A stretch of 64,000 nucleotides of DNA from Macrostomum hystrix (taxonomy: Eukaryota > Animalia > Platyhelminthes), in contig CATNEN010000034.1 in assembly GCA_950097015.1 (NCBI GenBank), positions 124,001 through 188,000 on the forward strand, given 5' to 3'. Made by a program: the position numbers and the translations under genes. Below are positions 23,982 to 36,600 of the stretch, in pieces; position 1 is the stretch's first letter, and every line of letters starts with the position of its first letter. Below the pieces are notes generated by a model. It was given only the letters and a program-made list of their open reading frames with translations, ran no database searches and had not been told where the DNA came from.

Positions 23982-25255
23982 CTGACCCCCCGGCCGACTC
24001 TTGCTGACCCCCTGCTGACACTCTTGCTGACCCCCTGCTGACACTCTTGCTGACCCCCTGCTGACACTCTTGCTGACCCCCTGCTGTCACTCTGCTGACC
24101 CCCTGCTGACACTCTTGCTGACCCCCTGCTGACACTCTTGCTGACCCCCTGCTTACACTCTTGCTGATCCCCCTGCTGACACTCTGCTGACACTCTTGCT
24201 GACCCCCTGATGACACTCTTGCTGATCCCCTGCTGACACTCTTGCTGATCCCCCTGCTGACACTCTTGCTGATCCCCCTGCTGACACTCTTGCTGATCCC
24301 CCTGCTGACACTCTGCTGACACTCTTGCTGACCCCCTGATGACACTCTTGCTGATCCCCTGCTGACACTCTTGCTGACCCCCTGCTGACATATTTGCTGA
24401 CCCCCTGCTGATACTCTTGCTGACCCACTGCTGATACTCTTGCTGACCCCCTGCTGACACTCTTGCTGATCCCTGCTGTCACTCTGCTGACACTCTTGCT
24501 GATCCCCCTGCTGACACTCTTGCTGATCCCCCTGCTGACACTCTGCTGACACTCTTGCTGACCCCCTGATGACACTCTTGCTGATCCCCTGCTGACACTC
24601 TAGCTGATCCCCCTGCTGACACTCTTGCTGATCCCCCTGCTGACACTCTTGCTGATCCCCCTGCTGACACTCTGCTGACACTCTTGCTGACCCCCTGATG
24701 ACACTCTTGCTGATCCCCTGCTGACACTCTTGCTGACCCCCTGCTGACATATTTGCTGACCCCCTGCTGATACTCTTGCTGACCCACTGCTGATACTCTT
24801 GCTGACCCCCTGCTGACACTCTTGCTGATCCCTGCTGTCACTCTGCTGACACTCTTGCTGACCCCCTGATGACACTCTTGCTGATCCCCCTGCTGTCACT
24901 CTGCTGACACTCTTGCTGACCCCCTGATGACACTCTTGCTGATCCCCCTGCTGTCACTCTGCTGACACTCTTGCTGATCCCCCTGCTGTCACTCTGCTGA
25001 CACTCTTGCTGATCCCCCTGCTGTCACTCTGCTGACACTCTTGCTGACCCCCTGATGACACTCTTGCTGATCCCCTGCTGACACTCTTGCTGATCCCCTG
25101 CTGACACTCTTGCTGATCCCCTGCTGACACTCTTGCTGACCCCCTGCTGACACTCTTGCTGATCCCCCTGCTGACACTCTTGCTGACCCCCTGCTGACAC
25201 TCTTGCTGACCCCTGCTGACACTCTTGCTGACCCCCTGCTGTCACTCTTGCTGAC
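23982..25255. repeat. 23-24-bp minisatellite of 11-12-bp subunits
   Basis: Unit CTGCTGACACTCTTGCTGACCCC with variable C-runs. Confidence 0.95.
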
Positions 25256-25484
25256 GAGAATAATCGCAGGAATAAGTTTCCGCGAATAATCTAATTAATT
25301 TAAAGTGCAATATACTTTCTCTGTCCTGAATTAAGCGACGCAGTGGGGCCGGAACGTGACAGCAGAGCTGCTGGTTGTTGGCTTATGAACCAGTATCGGG
25401 GAATTGCGCAGATGCTACAATTATTTAAAGTCGGTCTGTCCGATTCACAAAAGGTTTCGTTGCTATTCAATTGCAGGGCATAAG

Positions 25485-25783
25485 GGGGCGAGTGGCAGGG
25501 CGATCTAATGCGTTTGCCTCCCGCACCAAGGCCCCTGAGCTCGATTCCGCGGTGAGGCCACATTTATTTGGGGCGCAGCCGCGGAGAGAAGGCTTAGGGG
25601 CTTATCGTGCAAACTACTACGCCCTTGAGGGACAACCTCGAAGGCACAGTGAAATGCACACTGCCTGACGATGAGAAAGTCAGGGCAGATGTACACGCGT
25701 GTGCCTGCGTACATTATCTGTGTGATTGTGTGGTCAGGAGTCAGCGAAATGGGCAGAATTGCCTCCTTGCTGGCTGCGGGTCT
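25485..25783 (+). mobile_element. tRNA-derived SINE, copy 1
   Basis: A-box-like TGGCAGGGCGA (25493) and B-box-like GCTCGATTC (25539). Colinear homology over about 300 bp with 34368-34659. Confidence 0.75.
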
Positions 25784-25818
25784 GATACTCTTGCTGACCC
25801 CCTGCTGATACTCTTGCA

Positions 25819-25871
25819 GGCCGCCGACAGAGCCGAAGCCGACTCCGACGTGACGCCAGACGATGACAAAT
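25819..25871 (+). repeat. 53-bp exact duplicate of NHL-gene coding sequence 27113-27165
   Basis: GGCCGCCGACAGAGCCGAAGCCGACTCCGACGTGACGCCAGACGATGACAAAT is present at both sites. Confidence 0.9.
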
Positions 25872-26319
25872 CTAGTGTCACGAAATGATTATTAATGGCA
25901 GGGCATGGTGATTAGAAAAGTTACGAAGCCTATTTTAAATTCATTTATCGTCAATGCTAGTTCAAATTGTGTAGAAGTTGAAAATGTTCTTTAGTAAATT
26001 CTCAATTACACGATAAGAAAAATCATGGATTTGACTAGGAAATTTCACTGAACTGCGAATATGCATCCAAGATCACTGCCATAATGCTAGAAAAGTACAA
26101 AACTACCTACAGTCTACTTAGTAACTGACCGAAAGTACGAAGATACTTAAAAATTTAGGACAAAAAATCGAAATTGACGTTTTTTTTCATAACAGAAAAT
26201 GACGTTTCACAATTGACGCAATCATATAAATACTCGTATAAGTGCGATACAGTCTACTCTCACAGGAAAGTAGTATGATTAACATTTTAGCTACGCTCGT
26301 AGGAAAAGGAATTATTAGG

Positions 26320-26660
26320 AATAGGAATCCCGATGCTGCCTTTGTCCGGGGAATCCCGATGCTGTCTTTATCCGGGGAATCCCGACGCTGTCTTTATCCG
26401 GGGAATCCCGATGCTGTCTTTATCCGGGGAATCCCGACGCTGTTATTATCTAGAGAATCCCGATGCTGTCAATATCCAGGAAATCCCGATGCTGTCTTTA
26501 TCCGGGGAATCCCGACGCTGTCATTATCCAGGGAATTATCCAGGGAATCCCGATGCTGTCATTATCTAGAGAAATCCCGACGCTGACATGAACAGGAGAG
26601 TCCTGAAGCAATTATAATCGGGGGAATCCCAAAGCTTTAATTATCCGGTTAATCCCGATG
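26320..26660. repeat. Degenerate about 27-bp minisatellite
   Basis: Recurrent ATCCGGGGAATCCCGATGCTGTCTTT. Confidence 0.85.
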
Positions 26661-26872
26661 CTATTTTTTGCAGGGTAAGCTGCTGTTACCCGGGTATCCT
26701 AATATTTTCGTTGCCTTGAAAAGCTAAGCCTAGTGCTTCAGTAATCATAATGCTAAAAAATTCATAAGATCCCATTGTTACAATAACTGGATATGGTTAT
26801 AACTACGCATAATTAAAACAAAACTTTAGCACAAATTTAAACTAGCTTCAAACACTCTTTGTGCACTGGCAG

Positions 26873-28427
26873 ACACAATGTGGACGCGGCGACCCGGCGC
26901 CTGTTCGCGCCGCTGCGGGCCACAGTCGATCAGTGGGAGCGTCGAGTCGCTCAAAAGCTGGCAGCGGATCCGACTTCAGCCGACGCTGACTACTCCGACA
27001 ACAACAACGGCTGCGCCCTGGCCGAGCTCAGCGTTGGCCTCCGGCAGCTTCGGCGCCTGATGGACCAGCACATGGCCCGACTGCTCCGCCCGAATTGCCT
27101 CGCCTGCCAGCGGGCCGCCGACAGAGCCGAAGCCGACTCCGACGTGACGCCAGACGATGACAAATTAATCGCCGATGCTACTAACAAAGAGCGGCCGTCG
27201 CCGTCGCACTCGACAGAGTCACCGGCGCCGACTGTACGCGCGGTAGGCAGCATAGCGAATCTGGGCGGCTCGGTCCGCTGGCTGACGGTGGCGACTGACA
27301 CGGCAGGATTCGCGGTCGATGACTCCGGGCGGCTGGTTGCGGACGATGGAGCAGGTGCGATTCCACAGTTCAATATGGAAATAGAATTTTTTTTTAATTC
27401 TTTCTGCGGCTCTTGCTTCGATTCTAGCTATGATTCGAGTCTTGTCTCACCTTCTCCAACGATTCAATCCTCGTCCAATTCTTGCAGCATCCTGTGTCCT
27501 CCAGTGCAGAGCATTTACCAGCCGACAGACCACCTCCCTCCCCATCCCACAGGGGACAGGGCCCGACTGTCGCCAGCCCCTCAGCTCTGCATAATCGCCA
27601 GCTTCGATCCGGCCGAAGATCGGCGACACCTCCTGGCGGCGCCGCTATCCGACGTCGCTGGCCGGCATCGGCGACGCCAGCAGATGCTTCGCTGCGAGGC
27701 AGACATCGACTGGGACGACTGGCTGGTTGGGCTGCACTGCGAAGGCTCCAGACTCTACGTGGCCCAAGAGTCGGCCTTGACCGCCATGGACCTGGCTGGC
27801 CGCCCGGCCTGGGTCCGGCGACCGACGCCGGGCAGCAGCTGGCGACTGGTCGGCCTGACCGGCGGCCAGAGTGACTCGCAGCTGCTCTTCACCTACGACA
27901 GGGTCGGCCGGCGCGTCCTCTCGATAGTTGCGTCAACCGGGGAGCTAGCCACGGCGGCTCAGCTGGACCACTTCGCCGAGTGGCTGGTGTCAGGGCTGGC
28001 GATCGGCCCGGCCGGCCAGCTGGCCCTGTCCGACTATTGCAACAGCCGGCTGCACTTCGTATCGCTGAGGCCTCCGCCGGCCTGTCTGACGGCCAGCTAT
28101 CCGGCCACGACGGCGGCAGCGGCGACTTCTGAATCGGAGTCCGTCGGGGTTCTGGAGGCGCCCGCCGGGGTCGCCATCGACGCCGCCGGCCGGGTGTTTG
28201 TCGCCGACAGCGCCGGTCACGTCGTGCGCGTCATCGACGCGGCCGGCCGACGAGTTCTGGCCACGCTGGGCGGCGTCGAATGCGGCGCCGGGGAGGACAG
28301 CGGTGACGAAGACGCCTTCCGCTGTCCCATCGGGGTGGCGCTGGCGCCGGTCCGGTCAGACCGACAGCTGCTGATGGTGGCAGACAGCGGCAACCGGCGG
28401 CTGCGCCTTTTTGAGGTCATCGGCTGA
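26873..28427 (+). CDS. NHL-repeat (beta-propeller) protein with N-terminal coiled coil, TRIM-NHL-like; 5' end not identified
   Basis: NHL repeats LEAPAGVAIDAAGRVFVADSAGHVVRVID, FRCPIGVAL...VADSGNRRLRLF, SGLAIGPAGQLALSDYCNSRL. Acceptor AG at 26871-72; probable 150-nt intron 27355-27504. No RING or B-box is visible. Confidence 0.8.
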
Positions 28428-28836
28428 CGTCAGAGACCGCCGTTAGGTTGCATGTTTTTAGGTAACTCTGCTGGATTGTCTGTGAGCCTGTTCCAGTGTC
28501 TGTAAGCATGTCTAGTGTCTGGAAGCCTGTTCCTGTGTCGAAGACTGTTCCATGGAGGTTAGTTCGGTTATATCGGCAAGAAGGTCTTCATTCTATCAAT
28601 GCTCAATTCAACTATTCGTGTTGAACCGCTTATGCTTGTAGCTGATGCAGCAAAAACAATTGCAGCAGTCTAATCTATATTTCTGGAATGTCACCTAAAT
28701 TGTATTTTTTATATCGTAAAACGCGAGCGATACGGTAAGTACGGTGCTGCATTGTTACTTATCTGGAATAGATTCTTCTTCATGCATTTTAGCTCGTATT
28801 TTCCTCTCAAGGTAAAGAATAGAAAAAATGATCCAA

Positions 28837-28863
28837 CTTCAGGCCAATCTGATTGGCCTGAAG
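28837..28863. repeat. Perfect 27-bp palindrome containing two opposed CCAAT motifs
   Basis: CTTCAGGCCAATC-T-GATTGGCCTGAAG (13-bp arms, 1-nt spacer). Confidence 0.9.
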
Positions 28864-29912
28864 GATTCTCGGGTAGCCGTAAGGATTGGGTAACACTAGT
28901 TTCTAGCGTACAGTATCGATTACGTAGGGAAGGAGGTTTGGGTGGGTGAGGGACTGCGCCAGCCAATAAGAGTTAAGCAACGGTATCGAATAAATTCTAC
29001 CTACGCTGGGATGGTTAGAGAGCGTAGCCAATCAGAGCAAAGCAATGCGCTGTAACTCTGAGCAACGTACGAGCGTATATTGGATTATATATGCGAAAAT
29101 ACAGTTAAGAATTGTGCCCACGAATCCATTTCCAACCTTAATAAGACATTTCCCCTCTATTTCATGTGTGCTAAAATACCCCAAGCGCTAACAATATATG
29201 CTTCCAATCTGATTGAGTGTTTGTAAGATTGTGAAGCCTTTTGATAATTTCATAGATAGCGCTTGATTTTATTTTAAAGAAATACAAAACAAACTTTTCT
29301 ACTTAGAAGCAAGAGGCTTAAAATATAATTCAAGACAGTTAGTTTTGTTATAAAAATTGCTATAAAAAGTGGGTATGTGTTTATCAATTTATTATCTTCT
29401 GTAACAAAGCGCAAGTAGCATTGCATATTCATGTCTACAAAAAACGAAAGGAAATAAAAAATGAAATAAAACTGGCAGGGTGCCAAAAATAATTATGGCA
29501 CAGTCGAAACGAGTTTTGCAATTGAAAAAAGGTATTTCTTTTACAAAAATATATGTATAAAACAGAATTTTGAGTACTAAAAATGTTAGCAAAAATGTGG
29601 ATAGCAAAGCTATAGCATTGAATTTTACTCGTATGTACTAGCACTCGATGTATTTGATAAAGAAAGAGCAGGTAAGCTACTATAAGTAGCTTATTGAGGC
29701 TTCTTTGCTCATTTAAGGCTTCTACTTAAATAGCAACTTAAATAGCACACAAAGCCTTCACTCGGAATGGGGAAGCAAACAAGGACTGCTTATTAGGAAA
29801 TATATGGAAATGTATGGGGAATGGGAAAGTTAGATGCCTAATTTACACCTTAATCTGGTTCTAGACAACTTAACTTAGTTTATTGAATTATATTTATGAT
29901 ACTCCAAATCCC

Positions 29913-30819
29913 ATTATCTGAGATCCCGAATTCTATTATCTGAGATCCCGAATTCTATTATCTGAGATCCCGAATTCTATTATCTGAGATCCCGAATTCT
30001 ATTATCTGAGATCCCGAATTCTATTATCAGAGATCCCGAATTCTATTATCAGAGATCCCGAATTTTAATATCTGAGATCCCGAATTCTATTATCAGAGAT
30101 CCCGAATTCTATTATCTGAGATCCCGAATTCTATTATCAGAGATCCCGAATTCTATTATCAGAGATCCCGAATTCTATTATCTGAGATCTCGAATTCTAT
30201 TATCAGAGATCCCGAATTCTATTATCAGAGATCCCGAATTCTATTATCTGAGATCCCGAATTCTATTATCAGAGATCCCGAATTCTATTATCTGAGATCC
30301 CGAATTCTATTATCAGAGATCCCGAATTTTATTATCAGAGATCCCGAATTCTATTATCAGAGATCCCGAATTCTATTATCTGAGATCCCGAATTCTATTA
30401 TCAGAGATCCCGAATTCTATTATCAGAGATCCCGAATTTTATTATCTGAGATCCCGAATTCTATTATCTGAGATCCCGAATTCTATAATCTGAGATACCG
30501 AATTCTATTATCTGAGATCCCGAATTCTATTATCTGAGATCCCGAATTCTATTATCTGAGATCCCGAATTCTATTATCAGAGATCCCGAATTCTATTATC
30601 TGAGATCCCGAATTCTATTATCAGAGATCCCGAATTCTATTATCAGAGATCCCGAATTCTACGAGTATTATCTGAGATCCCGAATTCTATTATCTGAGAT
30701 CCCGAATTATATTATCAGAGATCCCGAATTATATTATCTGAGATCCGGAATTCTATTATCAGAGATCCCGAATTCTATTATCAGAGTTCCCGAATTATAT
30801 TATCAGAGATCCCGAATTC
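29913..30819. repeat. 22-bp minisatellite, about 41 copies
   Basis: Unit TTCTATTATC(T/A)GAGATCCCGAA; GAATTC at the unit junctions. Confidence 0.96.
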
Positions 30820-31266
30820 CATAATAAGTAAACCGAATTTCCAGAATCCAAGTCAGCGTGTTACAAATTTTTTTTCTAAAGAACCCGCATAATGAAAATT
30901 TAAGAGAATCTGATAGTGCAATTGAAAGAATGAAATAAAAGATAATAACTGACCATTGGTTGGAGTAGAACACTGCGCAACAACATTTTGTGCTCAAGTG
31001 GATAGTAAATAAAATATTACTTTGAGTTACTCTTACTATAATACAGTTTATCTACACAGTAGAGTAAAGCTCTGACAACTGGAAGCACCAGCTGATCTGG
31101 GACTGCAGCTTTTTGATGACACTCAAATGGACGCATCTGGAAAATAAGGAATCCGTTTTAAGCTATCAATATTTTAAGCGAAAATAGCTAAGTCCCACCC
31201 AAACGCAGTCCTAAACCCCGACTCCGGTAGGACACCATCGGGGCTGCAGATATCAGTAATTAATCC

Positions 31267-33596
31267 CAAACCTGCCAATAAACAGACAAACCTGCCAATA
31301 AACAGACAAACCTGCCAATAAACAAATAAACCTGCCAATAAACAGACAAACATGACAATAAACACAAACCTGCTGCCAGTAAACACACAAACCTGCTTCA
31401 AATAAACACACAAACCTGCTGCCCGTAAACACACAAAACTGCTGTTAGTAAACACACAAACCTACAGTCAGTAAACATACAAACCTGCTGCCAGTAAACA
31501 GACAAACCTGACAATAAACACAAACCAGAAAATAAACAGACAAACCTGATAATAAACAGACAAACCTTACAATAAACACTAACCTGCTGCCAGTTAACAC
31601 ACAAACCTGCTGCGAGTAAACACACAAACCTGATGTCAGTAAACACACAAACTTGCTGCCAGTAAACACACAAACCTGATGTCAGTAAACACGCAAACCT
31701 GATGTCAGTAAACACACAAACCTGCTGCCAGTAAACACACAAACCTGCTGCCAGTAAACACACAAACCTGATGTCAGTAAACACACAAACCTGCTGCCAG
31801 TAAACACACAAACCTGATGTCAGTAAACACACAAACTTGCTGCCAGTAAACACACAAACCTGATGTCAGTAAACACACAAACCTGATGTCAGTAAACACA
31901 CAAACCTGCTGCCAGTAAACACACAAACCTGCTGCCAGTAAACACACAAACCTGATGTCAGTAAACACACAAACCTGCTGCCAGTAAACACACAAACCTG
32001 CTGCCAGTAAACACACAAACCTGATGTCAGTAAACACACAAACCTGATGTCAGTAAACACACAAACCTGATGTCAGTAAACACACAAACTTGCTGCCAGT
32101 AAACACACAAACCTGCTGCCAGTAAACACACAAACCTGATGTCAGTAAACACACAAACCTGATGTCAGTAAACACACAAACCTGATGTCAGTAAACACAC
32201 AAACCTGCTGCCAGTAAACACACAAACCTGATGTCAGTAAACACACAAACCTGCTGCCAGTAAACACACAAACCTGATGTCAGTAAACACGCAAACCTGC
32301 TGCCAGTAAACACACAAACCTGATGTCAGTAAACACACAAACCTGATGTCAGTAAACACGCAAACCTGCTGCCAGTAAACACACAAACCTGACAATAAAC
32401 ACTAACCTGGAAATAAACAGACAAACCTTACAATAAACACTAACCTGCTGCCAGTAAACACACAAACCTGATGTCAGTAAACACGCAAACCTGATGTCAG
32501 TAAACACACAAACCTGATGTCAGTAAACACGCAAACCTGATGTCAGTAAACACGCAAACCTGATGTCAGTAAACACACAAACCTGATGTCAGTAAACACA
32601 CAAACCTGATGTCAGTAAACACGCAAACCTGCTGCCAGTAAACACACAAACCTGATGTCAGTAAACACACAAACCTGATGTCAGTAAACAAGCAAAACCT
32701 GATGTCAGTAAACACGCAAACCTGATGTCAGTAAACACACAAACCTGATGTCAGTAAACACACAAACCTGATGTCAGTAAACACGCAAACCTGATGTCAG
32801 TAAACACGCAAACCTGATGTCAGTATACACACAAACCTGATGTCAGTAAACACACAAACCTGATGTCAGTAAACACGCAAACCTGATGTCAGTAAACACA
32901 CAAACCTGATGTCAGTAAACACGCAAACCTGATGTCAGTAAACACGCAAACCTACAGTCAGTAAACACACAAACCTGATGTCAGTAAACACACAAACCTG
33001 ATGTCAGTAAACACGCAAACCTGCTGCCAGTAAACACACAAACCTGATGTCAGTAAACACACAAACCTGATGTCAGTAAACACACAAACCTGATGTCAGT
33101 AAACACGCAAACCTGATGTCAGTAAACACACAAACCTGATGTCAGTATACACACAAACCTGATGTCAGTAAACACACAAACCTGATGTCAGTAAACACAC
33201 AAACCTGATGTCAGTAAACACACAAACCTGATGTCAGTAAACACGCAAACCTGATGTCAGTAAACACGCAAACCTGATGTCAGTAAACACACAAACCTGA
33301 TGTCAGTAAACACACAAACCTGATGTCAGTAAACACACAAACCTGCTGCCAGTAAACACACAAACCTGATGTCAGTAAACACACAAACCTGATGTCAGTA
33401 AACACACAAACCTGCTGCCAGTAAACACGCAAACCTGATGTCAGTAAACACGCAAACCTGATGTCAGTAAACACACAAACCTGATGTCAGTAAACACACA
33501 AACCTGATGTCAGTAAACACACAAACCTGATGTCAGTAAACACGCAAACCTGATGTCAGTAAACACGCAAACCTGATGTCAGTAAACACACAAACT
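31267..33596. repeat. 23-bp minisatellite, about 100 copies
   Basis: Unit CAGTAAACACACAAACCTG(ATGT/CTGC); degenerate at the left edge. Confidence 0.96.
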
Positions 33597-33617
33597 TCAG
33601 CGAGCAAAGACCCGAAA

Positions 33618-36600
33618 TCAAAGCCAGCAGCTACACGAACCTTTGCCGCCTTCAGCTGATCTCTGCTCCATCGCAGCCGTTGTCGTCGATGCTGATCGGC
33701 TGTCATTCGCAACGAGCCCGAACTGAACAAACCGATCGATGGCCGCCGCCTCGGCCGTGGGTCTCAGACTGGGCGCTTTGGTCAGCAGCTGGCGGACCAG
33801 AGACTCGGCAGGGTGACCGGCCAGGAGCGCCCAGTCGCAGGCGACGGTGGCTACGCGTGAGTACACCACCTCTTTGGGCTCGGAGACGCTGGGAGCAAAT
33901 GGTGATACACCGGTGGCAGTGAAGAATAGCACCGCGCCGGCTGACCACAGATCTGCGGCTGGTTAGAGGGGCCGGTTAGGGAAAGCATTAGACTTTACTA
34001 AGATAGAAGGTGGCATTAGGAAAGAAGCAGGATTGGAGATGGGTGGGATCTGCAGAGGGTGGGGTTTGGGAAGAAGCAGGATGGAAATCGGTGGGATTTG
34101 GGAAGAAGCAGGATTGGAGATCAGTGGGATCTGTAGAGGGTGGGGTTTGGGAAGAAGCAGGATTGGAGATCAGTGGGATCTGTAGAGGGTGGGGTTTGGG
34201 AAGAAGCAGGATTGGAGATCAGTGGGATCTGTAGAGGGTGGGGTTTGGGAAGAAGCAGGATTGGAGATCAGTGGGATCTGTAGAGGGTGGGGTTTGGGAA
34301 GAAGCAGGATCGGAGATCAGTGGGATCTGCAGAGGGTGGGATTTGGGAAGAAGCAGGATGGAAATCGGGGGTCGGTGGCAGAGCGGCTAACGCGTTTTCC
34401 TCCCGCACCAAGGTCCCTAAGTTCGATTCCGCGGCGAGGCCATATTTATTTGGCGCGGAGAGAAGGTTTGGGGGCTTGTCGTGCAATTTACGCCCTTTAG
34501 GGCCAACCTCCAAGCCACAGTGAAGAGTACCCTTTACAAATGTGAAGTGTACAAATGTTCACACTTGTGTGAGCGTATGCCTGTGTACGGTATTTGTGCG
34601 CGTGTGTGCTCAGGAGTCAGCGGAATGGGCAGAATTGCCACCTCGCTGGCTGCGGGTCTATTGTCACCAAATGATATACCATGGCCCGATCAGCAGACGG
34701 TGGGATTTGGGAAGAAGTAGGATTGGACTTTTTATCAAATCTCTTAACCTTTCAGGAATGAACACAGAATAATGTTTCTAAGAAGTTTCAGACTTATTTG
34801 TTTCGCACCCCAATTTGTTGGTTGTCCCTGTAGAAAAGCCAGTCATTTACCCGAAAAACTATTAACTGTAAAAGCATATAGGCAGCGGCTAGTGTAACCA
34901 ACTATGGATAGAGAGTGACCGTGTCAAAGTTGCAGTAATTTAAGCGCGTAGTCTACAACTGATACGTCCGCTGTCTATTAGAATGAAATACGAACCAAAG
35001 GTTTAGTTACTTAGCGCTAAGAACAGTGACTGAGACGGGCGGTTAAATATGCCCAGTGTGCTAGCGAGACTTTATAAAATTGTTCTGTGACGCTCAGAAA
35101 ATGCCATTTAATAAGAAACTCATTTTTTAAAGCGAGAAAGAGAGAAAGCTAGAGCAAGCGAGCAACAGATCACAGGAACAGAAGAAACAAGAACTTCTAT
35201 GGGTGGTCCCTAACAGCGATTTAACTCTCTCATAAGTAATAATTTTCACACGCTAGCACAAGGCCTTTGACCTCTTACCTAGCATATTTTCTTATCTAAT
35301 TCAGCTAAGGATGGAATGAACCATTTGTGAGAGTTTTTCGCCCAACCATCGAATTCTGCTTGCTTTGATAAGTTTACTCGAAATAATAAAGCAAAATGAG
35401 GTTGCTTAAGGACAACAGTAAAGCAGTGTAAATACTTTCACTTGAAAATCTAGCTGCTAATTCTGGTGCAGCTATTTCTGCTCTGGCACCAGGACTGGAA
35501 ACTAATTAAAATATTATTTCACAATATTCCTTCAATAGCAATAGCTAGTATGCCTAATGCAACTCTAGCCTCTAACGACCGGCAAAAAGACTTGTCTGTG
35601 CGACTGTACGCGCGAATAAAATCATTGGGGCAGAGAAAAAAGTATGTTGCTACGAAATTAATTTCGGATTTACAAGATTGTCTTAGTAGTCCTCTTATAA
35701 GTGTCAACTCAGTGTCTCATCTTACTCTAATCACGGTGACTATTCTCAGTGTCTCATCTTACTCTAATCACGGTGACTATTCTCAGTGTCTCATCTTACT
35801 CTAATCACGGTGACTATTCTCAGTGTCTCATCTTACTCTAATCACGGTGACTATTCACTGTCTCTAATCACAGTGTCTCATCTTACTCAAATCACAGTAT
35901 CTATTCACTGTCTCTAATCACAGTGTCTCATCTTACTCAAATCACAGTGTCTCATCTGTCTCTAATTATAGTGTCTCATCTTACTCTAATCACGGTGACT
36001 ATTCTCAGTGTCTCATCTTACTCTAATCACGGTGACTATTCTCAGTGTCTCATCTTACTCTAATGACGGTGACTATTCTCAGTGTCTCATCTTACTCTAA
36101 TCACGGTGACTATTCTCAGTGTCTCATCTTACTCTAATGACGGTGACTATTCTCAGTGTCTCATCTTACTCTAATCACGGTGACTATTCTCAGTGTCTCA
36201 TCTTACTCTAATCACGGTGACTATTCTCAGTGTCTCATCTTACTCTAATCACGGTGACTATTCTCAGTGTCTCATCTTACTCTAATCACAGTATCTATTC
36301 ACTGTCTCTAATCACAGTGTCTCATCTTACTCAAATCACAGTGTCTCATCTGTCTCTAATTATAGTGCCTATTCTTCGTGTCAACTCCAGTGTGTTATAT
36401 TTTAGTGTCAAATATCACCAACTAGACCATTAAAATGAAGCAAAACTCTAGTAGAAATAATAAATTAAGTTTGTTTTAGAGCGCAGAAAATTAAACACAC
36501 TATTTCTGAAATCCTAGTTTAGACTTTTCAAGCTCCAGCTAAACCCTGGCCGTTAGATGGTCGTTAAGATAAATGTGCCAGCAAATGCACACACACAAAT

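Noticed and set aside
26859-26872. TTG start of the 522-aa NHL ORF
   Set aside because: It is a non-ATG start lying in a splice-acceptor region; the true 5' end is upstream or at a later ATG.
34368-34442. tRNA gene (also 25485-25560)
   Set aside because: A and B boxes are present, but the acceptor and anticodon stems do not pair, and homology continues about 230 bp beyond the head, so these are SINEs.
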